DNA of 64,000 nucleotides, from assembly GCA_965287045.1 (NCBI GenBank), contig OZ336905.1, positions 12,896,001 through 12,960,000 on the forward strand, given 5' to 3'. Under the pieces are notes generated by a model. It was not told where the DNA came from, searched no databases, and worked only from the letters and a program-made list of their open reading frames with translations. Positions within the stretch are counted from its first letter, which is position 1, and each line of letters starts with the position of its first letter. Origin of the DNA: Carcharhinus amblyrhynchos. Lineage: Eukaryota. The translations under genes were made by a program, and so were the position numbers. Positions 1 through 10,798 of this stretch are shown here, piece after piece.

Positions 1-2051
1 GAAAAACAGCATTATTAATCTCAATATATAATTTATCAATAAATTTAATTTATCTTGTGGTGAGAAAGAAGAAGTGCTATGTAAGTGGCTCTGGCTAAGT
101 CCACAACTGGAAACAACCTGTCCACACAGTGAAAGGTGTATGACTGAAAGCAATCAATTTTTTAAAGCCACACATTAAGAAGCCAAGCAACAAAAACAAA
201 CATAAAAAATAAACAGCTCAACTCTAGAATAGGATCTCCCCCCGCCCACCACCACAAACACTTCCTTCCCTATTTAACCCTTTAGAGTGCCACACATCCT
301 TCTTGAGCTAGGAATGCAGAGTTGTCTCTAGCCATTTCCACATTGGTTGGCTGGAGTTACATTCTGCAAAGCACTTTACAGAGCTATCTCCAACAGAACT
401 TAGCACACCCAAGACATATGGCTGTCCTGGTAAACTTAAGTCTGCTAGATTGCGAAACAAAGGTTACTTCACTTTTTCCTCAAACCTTTTTTCAAAAATT
501 TGCCTTTACCTACTAAAAAACAGGTTGAAAATTAATAGATCATTGAGTCTAATTCTTTGTGTGCACATTTCTTTCTTAATGCTTTAGTTCTACTTCAAAC
601 AATCTGCCAGTTCTCAACAGTTTATCGCACTCTAACTAGTACCCCAGTTGAGCATGCTATTTTCACACACGCTGGGAAACCTTTACATGAACTGTTAAAG
701 ATTTTGCAGGTTACTTTGAAGGAAAATATGAAAAAGAAATCCAACAAAAAACCCACTTGCACTGAAACTATGATAAAAATTCGAAAGAAGATATGCACCG
801 TGCCACCATACTCCACAGAAACCATGCACAGGGCAACAGTCAACACAAATTCTACTGAAGCTCTGCACTAATCACAATTAACACAATTTCACCTTAATTT
901 TTACAACCATGACGCCATCTCATTGGCACACAACAAATAAATCACTTGCTAATTACTGGGAATTTCAATTAACAGCTGCCAATTCAGTTCCTTGTGCCTG
1001 GCTTGGCTGGGATACAATAGCATCAACTCCCCAAACGCATTAATATACTTTGTTCTGTACCAGTGATACTGATCATTCTTACATGCCCAATAAAAACCTC
1101 TTATAACCCAGTTTTCACCCTCCTCTGTTGACAGCACTTCACATTTGCTGGTTTACAGTATTTGGATGCTGACAACCCTCCAGTAATTCATTCCAAGCAG
1201 CCATTGTTCATACTAAAGTTCTGCAGACAATTCAACATTAGAGCTGATTACAATGTTGACCTCACTCAAAATCTGCAAGTACACACTTTCCACTGGGGTT
1301 GAGAGCTACTGGTGGTGATCAGCAGCGAGAATAACGTGGAACCAACTGCAACCCACCTGAGGTCAGCTTAGTAAGCACAGGCCAGACATTAAATTTATGG
1401 CCCATTACTCTGTAAGACTCAGGATCACACCACAGGGTGTTGCATTTATCAACGTGGACATCAGGAACCAACATAATACTTTTTACATAGCAGACTGGAA
1501 ATCTTTTGAACAAGTTGTTAAGTCAGTTACAAATATATATTGAGGAGCAAACAAAATTCATCTTTTGCAGATTTTGCCACTTGTCACCACAGATGGAATT
1601 TGGTTCAAGAATCAGTGACGTGCATTGTACATGCTTAGACTACCAATAGTCACTGGGAAAACGCCCACGCCTTAACATATTTTTATTCTAGTTACTACAC
1701 CTTCATAACAATACAAATATTTGACTAAGTATAAAATATGACGCAGGACAATCTGTGGTCACGATTGTTACTTTGGAGATATTTTGTGAATGCAAACTGA
1801 TTTTCACATGCATTTTACAGATAAATTTCAGAAAATTAAAAAGGCAGGAAAGTAAAAAAAATCTTCATTGGTTTTTATGTTCACAAATGCTAAAAATATT
1901 TAGCACTTGACCAGTAACCTGCTGAATAGACTGGTGATGTCATGTGAATATCTTCTACGAAAACGCAAGCAGACATACAAGCACCCAGGTACAAACTACT
2001 GATGTTAACATGTGAACACGCAAAGAGTGGCGAGAGGGTCTGACTGCTTAC

Positions 2052-2099
2052 CAAAGGGAGAGAGGGAGCTGTCTGCGTGGAAAGGACTGAGATCGAAAC
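2052..2099 (-). CDS. KMT2D: 48-nt KMT2D exon (GFDLSPFHADSSLSPF)
   Basis: Very long U-rich acceptor ending gggtttttag, donor TTG|gtaagc, phase 1-1, open. Confidence 0.7.
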
Positions 2100-3390
2100 C
2101 TAAAAACCCAAAAGTACAATAAAAACAAAAGGGAAAAAAATGAACAGTGGCAAGCAAAAGCCATTTAACCCTTTCCAACCTAAAAGTCCACAACCATCTC
2201 TACCCTAATAACACAGCCCAATCACTGTGCACGGCACAAAGCAAACAAGATCCACACCAAGGTCAAAGTGACCTGCAGCAATTCAGGGGTCTCAACTGTT
2301 ATCAGGTTAACCAGAAAGCCAGGATTCTGGAATTAGCTTGATGGTCAGTGTAACTGATTACAAGTAGACTGAAACCACAGATACACCTGTAAATGAAGAA
2401 ATAAATGGACTGTGCAAATGGATCCTAGCCTGGCTTTTACAGTGAGATCATCAGCTAAGAATGCACTCACAAACACCCTGAATGGTTGCCCAATGTGCTG
2501 AATGAACAAAGTACGTGAAAGAAGTCTTGCCTTTACAGTCAAATTAACAACAAGGTCGATTGATCTCAGTTGAATTCCAATTCTGCAAAAGCTCATCCAG
2601 GGAAAGGATGAAAAAAAGTAAACAAAGGTGCAATTGGAAATGAAATAGGAATACCACAAAGTGAAGTAAGTACTGACTGCAATGCAGTTTCTAAATTACT
2701 GAAGTTTAAAGCAGGAATAGAAGGCTGCAGAAAATCAATGTAATTAATACATAGTCTAAGGAAGTAACGGTACTGTTCCAACCCATTACCCAGGTGTAAC
2801 ATAGGCTAACTCACTCATTCTTAAATGCAACTGGTTTGTTTGTTTTCATCTAAGCCGACCATTAGAACGTTCCATTCTGGAGGGAACAAGAACTTGGTCA
2901 CATCCTTCCAAGAATGTTTGCACCTTTTCAAACATGTTGACTGTCATTAGAAAGTAAGGGAGAAGACATGGTCCATTAATTTGCTCTCTCAGAAGGCCAA
3001 TTATGGGCATGTCTCTACAAGAGAAATTAACAGGCCTGCAACTACCAATTTATTTATATAGGCTTTCCAACAGTAACAGCCAGTTAGAGAACTTCAGGGA
3101 TCTTTAATGGCATACGAGTTCCACGCCAAATTTTAAGTCATTTCAGAAAAACTAGATAATTCCTCCCCTCTGAATGCAATTTCTGTATTTCAAAGTACAT
3201 TACTACATTGATTCAGCATTTTTCAGAAAATGTGAATTAGCAGAGGAATGCATGAGGCATAGCAATTCAGTGCTGTGAAATAAATTACTAGGTGATCTCC
3301 TGAGGCACTGCTTTGAGTAGTCTAGAGCTCAGTGGTTAGCTGCAAAGATACAGCGGTTACTAACATAACCGGTCATTTTACGGTCAGTAC

Positions 3391-3403
3391 CCTCGAGCAC
3401 TCT
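3391..3403 (-). CDS. KMT2D: Candidate 13-nt microexon (AGAGTGCTCGAGG, RVLE)
   Basis: Acceptor tttgtctgttttgcccaatttcccacag, donor GAGG|gtactg; phase 0 to 1. Confidence 0.45.
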
Positions 3404-4352
3404 CTGTGGGAAATTGGGCAAAACAGACAAATATGTAGGTAAATGCAGTAGCTTGTAAATTCTTGGAGGTCAATTATAGAGTAGTTACGTTGCTGCCAAG
3501 TTACTCGTTCCAGGGCAGAAAAACCTCAGCATGAAATGATTGGCTTTCTGTTCCATTTTAAAAACAAAGGTTTTGTATCTCATTTACAGGAACTGGATGT
3601 TATAATATTTCCATCTCACTAATTCCTCCTTATCTTCACCATTTATTGCTACTTACTTGATTGTAACCCAATCTTTAAGGAAGATTGGATGAACCAATGA
3701 AAAACTTAAGATGGTGGCTGTGAGAGACACGATAGAAGCATACAAGATATTAAATATCATAGGTAATGCTACTGGAGAGCATTACTTAAACATAAGAGTC
3801 ATAAGTTAAAACTGCTGAAAAGAAAATGAATGACTTGCGTCACAAAGCACTTTTTCATGAAAAGATCAACTCTTCCAAATAGGGTTATTAGAGACAAAGA
3901 TAAATAAGTGTTTGGGTGACAAGATGCAAATTTTCATCTCAGCAGACAAACTAAAATGAGCTGAATGAATCCCCTCATCTTTATTTAGCTGGAATTTCCT
4001 TAATTTCTCTGCCTTTATTTCTTTCAATGTCCTTACATTCCCTATTCTATTTTGCTGCTCATCTGATCAGTCGCTTGTTCTGACATTGGTATATGCATCA
4101 GAAAGCCAACACATTTCAGGAATTTGTGCAAGGCAACAAGGTCATGATCGATTGAAAATTATATTAAAGGACAGACAGACAGATCAGAGAGTGCACTAGA
4201 AGTGGGGGGTGGGGAGGGGGTGTGCGCGGCAAACATACATGAACAAGGGCGTGCATGGTAGAAATCAGCACGTGAATTGGAGACAAGCGAGTCCGAAATC
4301 AACACAAAACAAACAGACAGAGTAGCAGGGAGAGGCTTTTTTCCCAGCCTAC

Positions 4353-4404
4353 CCTCCCCAAAAAAAGTACATTGCTCACAGATGCACCAGGATCAGACAG
4401 TGGA
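4353..4404 (-). CDS. KMT2D: Candidate 52-nt alternative exon (PLSDPGASVSNVLFLGR)
   Basis: tttggttttcag / AGG|gtaggc; open only with phase-2 entry, exits phase 0. Confidence 0.45.
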
Positions 4405-5041
4405 CTGAAAACCAAACTCAAAGCTCAGGTCACAAATGGACTTTAGGCCTCACACAGCAATATACTATATTTCAAATAGAGTTGGACAATTTTCTGTATA
4501 AATGTGTTTTGGAAATTACTCAAATTTTTATATTTGCTGTAAATGATATTTGCTACCCTCTATCAATGATTGAAAAAGCCAGCAATCTAAGATTTACAGT
4601 AATTTCCACCAGTCCCTTCTTTTAAAAAAAAAGTTGGTTGCAGTTTGCTGATTATAGTCCCAGTAATGGCATGTTATGTTTCAACCCTGTTCAGTTGTTA
4701 GGCTGCATTTTTATAAAGTGATACAGCAAAAATGGTGGCCATCTGGCCCATCATACTGGAGCTGGCTCTATGTAGTTACTAGCCACTTAATCATTCTTTC
4801 CTCATAGGCTTCCAATTTTTTCAAGTATATATATTCAATTCCCTTTTGGAAGCTACTACTAAATCTGCTTCCACTATCCTTTCAAGGACAGCCTTACAGC
4901 TCATAATTGGCTGCATTAAAAAAATCCTCACCTCCCCCTGGTTCTTCAATGTGAACTAGACCTCAGCCAATAATTTGCAAGTCTTGTATTTACTTCTTGG
5001 GAAAGTTGCCAGTCATACAATTGTGCATCATGAGTACTTAC

Positions 5042-5064
5042 CTCCACAGGAAATTTGTTAGCAT
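5042..5064 (-). CDS. KMT2D: Candidate coding end of an alternative first exon (MLTNFLW)
   Basis: ATG at 5064 after an in-frame TAA; perfect donor GAG|gtaagt; phase 2. Confidence 0.4.
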
Positions 5065-5798
5065 GCGCACATAGATCTGTTATTTTGCTCACATTGAGAC
5101 TTATGTTCTTTTATTTCAAGTAATGCACAGTATAGTATGAGAATCAATGATTTACATTGACAGTGCACATGTCAAATTGTGTTTTTAATATAAAGTACTG
5201 TTAATAGTACTTTTAGAATCTGCAAATCCACAACTGCGTGCCTATTTTTACATGATGTGATGGAGAATGTAATAAAGTAAAATAAACTGAGTTGAAAAAA
5301 TGAATGCATATTGCAAGTTTTTTAGTATATATAAAAAAACTTACAAAAATATATCATGGGTAATTGGAATCTCTCGTTTGCAGATGCAACATTTATATTT
5401 CTTAAACTGTCAAGTGTATGCGGATGGAAGGTTGTCTTAAATTTGGTGTGCATCTGAACAAACATGCCTGAGCAAAGATGAGTGCGAGCAGAGTAAACAC
5501 TGAACGGGGAAAAAGTGCAAGAGTGCACTGGAGAAAGATAGTCTTCATAAAGGGGGCCTGACAGTGGGCGAGTATGTTTGTGCATGCTTAAAGAAGGCAA
5601 TCTTTGGTGGGTGGTGCATGAAGCAGCAAGTTCAGGACAGTTTTTCAGTAGAAGATTCTTTTAATATGGATGTTGGAGTTCCTTACAAGCAGGTCATGGT
5701 CCTCAACTTCCCTTCTCTCTTTTGCCTTCCTCAGTCCCTCACTCACTCTCAATCCCCTCTCCAACCTGTAGTAGTATCACCCATCTCACTCTCTCCCT

Positions 5799-5808
5799 TA
5801 TTTATATA
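5799..5808 (-). promoter_or_regulatory. Candidate TATA box (TATATAAATA) of an internal KMT2D promoter
   Basis: Canonical TATA motif in a GA-rich context about 750 nt upstream of a consensus donor at 5042; function is inferred. Confidence 0.3.
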
Positions 5809-5830
5809 CCTGTTTCTCTCTTTCCCTCAC

Positions 5831-5863
5831 CCTCTGTGTCCCTCGCTCTAAGCACAGCTGCCA
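5831..5863 (-). CDS. KMT2D: Candidate 33-nt cassette microexon (VAAVLRARDTE)
   Basis: Strong pyrimidine tract ttgttcctctctcctgcctttgactgcag, donor GAGG|gtgagg, phase 1-1, no stop. Confidence 0.55.
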
Positions 5864-7295
5864 CTGCAGTCAAAGGCAGGAGAGAGGAACAATAATCTAG
5901 TGGTGGCAATTGAGAAAACTGATTTGAGAGGTTTCAGAGTGAAGTACAGAAAAACACGATCTAACATGAAAACCAAAAGCAAAGACCCAATGAGAGGCAA
6001 GTAAAATTGAATGTAATCACAACATAAGAAACAAGTCAGATGGAAAAAGTGGAAAATATAGATTCAACAGGAAAGCATTTACACTGACAATTTTGTGTTA
6101 ATGCAAGCAATGGCAGTGATGCAGAAGAGAGCAATTTCTATTTCACACACCCAGTGTCAGCATCATGCATTCATATGAAAAGTGTAGCACAGGCAGAACA
6201 AAGCTCCCTTCACACTACTCCCATATTGTGCCTCAGCCCAAACTTTACAAGATGCACCATTTGGGCGCGTGCACCCCCCGCCCCCACCACATACCAACCA
6301 TCCATCAGTCTGTCTGACTGACACTGACAATAAGTGTTAAATTCAGGGTAGCTTCTTACGGTTGATGCACATGTATAGTAACAACTATAATTTTACATTC
6401 AGATGGGTTAAGCCAGACAATTGCATCAGTAGAAGAGTGGATTGCTGTGATGCCTCCTTCGTATGTGATTCAGGCAGTCATTATATGTTCTATGGTCCGT
6501 CTGGTTGACCAGATGCATACTTGGGAGCTTTTAATTTTCTACGTGTGCATCTGCTGTGCTTTATGCAAATGTGATTTAGGGCAGTCCATGTACTTCTCTT
6601 CGCCACAGCTCAAAGTCAGGGATTCTTCTACATCGGATCTTTCGTGATTGAATTCTTGTGAACCAGGCCCACCAGGAACAGGATTGAGACTACAGAAACT
6701 TGTTTGTTGGTCAGCAGGTGTCTGAGACCCACAGAAACCTCAGTCAAATCATTGGGGGGGGGGCTTCTGTTTGTGCAATGTGAATTCTACACATTTCCTG
6801 CAGAGATACATCCCACTTACCCAAGTTCAGAAAGTTTAGGCACAGGTTGGCAAAGCCAAGGTTTCTTGACTTCCAAATGTGCACATGGGTATTGCAAGAG
6901 AATAAATAAATTAAATAGCGCAGCTCGTGGCATTACTTACATTTCCATTGCTTATTCAGCTGGATTTTACAATGCTTAGTAAAAGCAGCATCATGCCACA
7001 TGATTCACAACATTTTATCTGAAGCTGCATTCCTTCAAGGCTACAAAATCTGAATATTAAGCAAGTACTGGTTAACTGAAAAGTTTAATTTCTCTTTAGG
7101 CTGCAGGTTACATGAGTGGCAAGGTCAGTCAGGCCCCTGTCAATTAAGCTATTTTCAATTGCTGGAGAAACCTCTACATGTTAAAAACTGTTTTTGGTTT
7201 GCTGTACTTTTTGAGAAAGGACACTTGTTTGTAGTTTGACACTTGTGGAGTGACCAACAGGAAATGGGTACTAGACACACTGCTTTTAATTTTTT

Positions 7296-8050
7296 TTATT
7301 CATTCATGGGATGTGGGTGTCACTGGCTAGGACAGAATTTACTGCCCATCCATAATCGCCCACAGGAAGGTGGTGACGGTGGTGAGCTGCCTTCTTAAAG
7401 TGGTGCTGTCCCTGTGCCAAAGGTATATCCACAGTGCTATTAGGGAGGGAGCTCCAGGATTTTGACCCAGCAACAGTGAAAGAACAACAATTTATTTCCG
7501 AGTAAGGATGGTGAGTAGCTTGGAAGGGAACTTCCAGGTGATGCTATTTCCGTGCACGTGCTACCCATGTCCTTCTAAATGGTAGCAGTTGCGTTTGGAA
7601 AGTGCTGGCTAAGGAGTCTTGGTGAGCTGCTGCAGTGCATTTTGTAGGTGGCACACACTAATGCCACTGTCCATGGATGGTGGAAGGAGTGAATGTTTGT
7701 AGATGGGGTGCCAATCAAATGGGCTGTGTCCTGGCTGGTGTCAAGCTTCTTGAGTGCTACTGGAGTTGTACTCACCCAAGCAAGTGGAGTATATTCCATT
7801 ACACCCCTGACTCGTGCCTTGTAAATAGTGGGCAGGCTTTGGGAAGTCAGGAGGTGAGTTACGCTCCGCAGGATTCCCAGCCTCTGACCAGCTCTTACAG
7901 TCACAGTGACCATCCAGTTTCTGGTCAATTTAACTCCCAGGAAGTTGATGTTGGGGTATTCAGCGATGGCAATACCAATGAATGTCAAGTGGCGATGATT
8001 AGATTCTTTCTTGTTTGAGATGGTCACTGCCTGGCACTTATATGGCATGA
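7296..8050 (-). mobile_element. Non-LTR retrotransposon (CR1/L2 group) 3' fragment
   Basis: ORF 7575..8048 has LGV...RAGQRLGILR...IYKARVRGVMEY...LKKLD, typical of the C-terminal part of ORF2; a similar tail recurs at about 9840-10060. Confidence 0.8.
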
Positions 8051-8569
8051 ATTTTAGTTACAATTAATAAAAGCTTCCCTTTTTAGATTTTTCTGTATTA
8101 CATGCTATACCTAAACACAAGATGGCTGCCCTGTTCAAAATCTGTCAAAGTCATTCAATGCACAACCATGAAAAATATAAGGACTAAAACGTGCAGAAAC
8201 ATACTTTATAGCAGTTGTGCTACAACTTTTCTTCCCATATCAGCAAGCACTCCATTATTCTGGATGGATGACTTGCCCCACTGTTCTACAGAACACTGCA
8301 ATAGTGCAATAACACATTGCACTTTGTAACCAAAATTGTTTATTGGGGGAATAACAAATTTAATTTGGAATCAAAATCAATAGCCTTTGCATAGTGCACT
8401 TATCTGTTCGACAGATCCAAATTTGATTGCAACCAGTTTTTGGATTTAATTCAGGATGCTACAGAAACCGAATGATGGGGGAGGGGGAATGCAGTTGCAA
8501 CAGCACATTTGTTTTTGGAGATATCTAAACAAAATGGTAATCTCACATATTCTGCTCCTCCCTACTTAC

Positions 8570-8668
8570 CCATTCCATCTGGTTGAGTTTCTTCAGTTTT
8601 AGGTGGTTCATCTGGAATTGAATCTCCATTGTGTTCTGTGGGACCTTGGATTGTTTTTGTATCAGGAG
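8570..8668 (-). CDS. KMT2D: KMT2D exon (99 nt): APDTKTIQGPTEHNGDSIPDEPPKTEETQPDGM
   Basis: ttctgacag / G|gtaagt; open, phase 1-1; low-conservation linker. Confidence 0.8.
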
Positions 8669-8929
8669 CTGTCAGAATGAATTGGAAATATTTATTAATA
8701 CAGAAAAATTAAGCCTCGGTTACAAGTCAACAGGAAATAAAATCAGTTCAACAGATACTAAATGAAGTCATTGGCTTGTTTTATGCTAATTCATTGATCT
8801 CATTTCAGTCATCTTTCAAAGTCAAATCTGACCAGCCAGCATTGTTTTTCTGAATTCAGATGATCTATGTAGATTAGTAACATTTGGTCCCAGCACTGAT
8901 CACTGGAACACACAACAACCCAAAATCAA

Positions 8930-9825
8930 TCCTCCAATAGGCACCAAACATACGGTAGCTAAATTTGCCGATGATACCAAGATAGGCAGGAAAGTAAGTT
9001 GTCAACAGAAGGCAAAGAGCCTGCAAAAGGATATAGACAGGTTAAGTGAGTGGGCAAAAATTTGGCAGATGGCACGCAATATGGGAAAATGTAAACTTAT
9101 CCATTTTGACAGGAATGGAAATGGAGAGCGATTGAGAAACTGGTTGTGCAGGGGGAATTACAAACAGTTGGTACACAATATAGCAAGCGATTAGGAAAAC
9201 AAATGGAATATTGGCATTTATTTGCAAGGAGAATGGAATTTTAAAGTAGGGAAGTTTTACTGCAGCCATATAGGGCCTTAATAAGACCATGCTGTGCATG
9301 GCTTTGGTCTCCTTATTTGAATAAGGATATAAATTGTGCTGAAAACGGTTCAGCAAAAGTTCACTCCATTCATTTCTGGGATAAAGGACTTATGAAGAAA
9401 GGTTGAACAGGTTCGAGTTTAGTTTTAAACGCCCCATTGGAATTTAGAAGGAAGAGAGAGTTTAGAAGAATGAGAGGTGATCTTATTGAAACAAAAGAAT
9501 AATCTGAGAAGATCTGGTAGGGTAGCTATTGGGACGATATTTCCTCTATTGGGAGAGGCAAGTAGCAGGGGGCACAGTTCCTATAAGATAGAGATGAGGA
9601 GAATTTTCTTCTCCCAGTTGGTCTTTAAGAATGTTGAACTCTCTTCCACAGAAAGCAGCAGATGCTGGGTCATTAATTTATTCAAGGCTCAGTTAGATAG
9701 TTTTTTGATGGACAAGAGAGTCAAGGGGTCAGACAGGGAAGTGGAATTGAGACCACAAACAGTTCAGCCATGAACTCACTGAATAGTGGAACAGGCTCAA
9801 AGGGTCAAATGCTCCTTCGTCCTAC
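8930..9825 (+). mobile_element. Decayed CR1 LINE 3' fragment
   Basis: KFADDTK RT motif (aaatttgccgatgatacca) and CR1 3' tail; frameshifted. Confidence 0.9.
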
Positions 9826-10626
9826 ACAGACGTTTTAATATTTACTCGTGGATGGCAGTGACTGGCCCATTCACTGCCTGCCTATCTTTATCCGCCCTTA
9901 GCTGTTGGTGGCGGGCCTTCTCCTTGGACTTCTAGAGTCCGTGTGGTGATGATGCTCCCACAATGGCATTAGATAGGGAATGCTAGGATGTTGACCTAGC
10001 AATAGTGAAAGAACAGTGATATTTGTCAAAGCTAGGAGAGTACACAATTTGGGAGAGGAATTTGGAAATGATATTCTCGCAGCATTGCTGCTCGAAGCCT
10101 TCTCAGTGGTACAGGTCACAGAAGAGTGAGGTAAGTGCAGCCTGTAGTCAATACATTGAAGATGAACGGGCCAAAGATGCTTTCCTAAGGAACACAAGCA
10201 GAAAGTGCCCCAGGACTTGCAACAATTGTCCTTCAACAACCACAATCTTACTGTATGTCAGATGTGACTCCAGTTACTGGTCTATTTTCTCTTTTTATGC
10301 TGGCTTTAATGGACATCCACATAGTATTCCTTCCACTGCATTCATTTTCAGGAGAATAAGCATTTTCTCCATAAATATTCAAGAATAAAGCCACTATACA
10401 GTTTGAATCCTGGACTGTTGAAAGTGCTTTTCACTTGATTACTACAATTACTTATTCAAAAAAAAAGTGCAGCTATTTCAAAAATCAGCCCAGAACATTT
10501 GGAATGTACAATGAGATTATCAGCAGAGATTTATAGGATTGTGCCAAAGTAGTCAGATGTAATCTTGTAAAATAAGGCCCAGAAAGGTAATATAAACAAC
10601 AGTATCAATACTCTTAAGTCTCTCAC

Positions 10627-10798
10627 CCCTTTCCTGGGCTCCATCACGTTTTTCATCAGTTACATCTTTCTGCTGAGGTGCTGAGTCCGCTTGAGGCGTG
10701 GCTTGTGGAAACTCAGTGCTTTCATTATCAGAGAAACCCTCTGAGCTGAGGCAAACTTTCCGACTGCTGTCCAGCAGTGATTTTCCAAAGAACGCTTC
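10627..10798 (-). CDS. KMT2D: KMT2D exon (172 nt): EAFFGKSLLDSSRK...GAQER
   Basis: EAFFGKxLLD motif follows FPAYLQ in KMT2C/D; ctgacag / G|gtgaga. Confidence 0.95.

Noticed and set aside
5322-5600. 92-aa minus-strand ORF
   Set aside because: Non-ATG start in the ORF track and no recognisable homology; at most a uORF in the putative internal 5' UTR.
6537-6800. About 66 stop-free codons on the minus strand (FCGSQTPADQQ...QMHT*) near a tctctgcag acceptor
   Set aside because: The good acceptor at 6797 hits a stop at once in the KMT2D phase, the in-frame alternative would be a rare GAG, and I recognise no homology.
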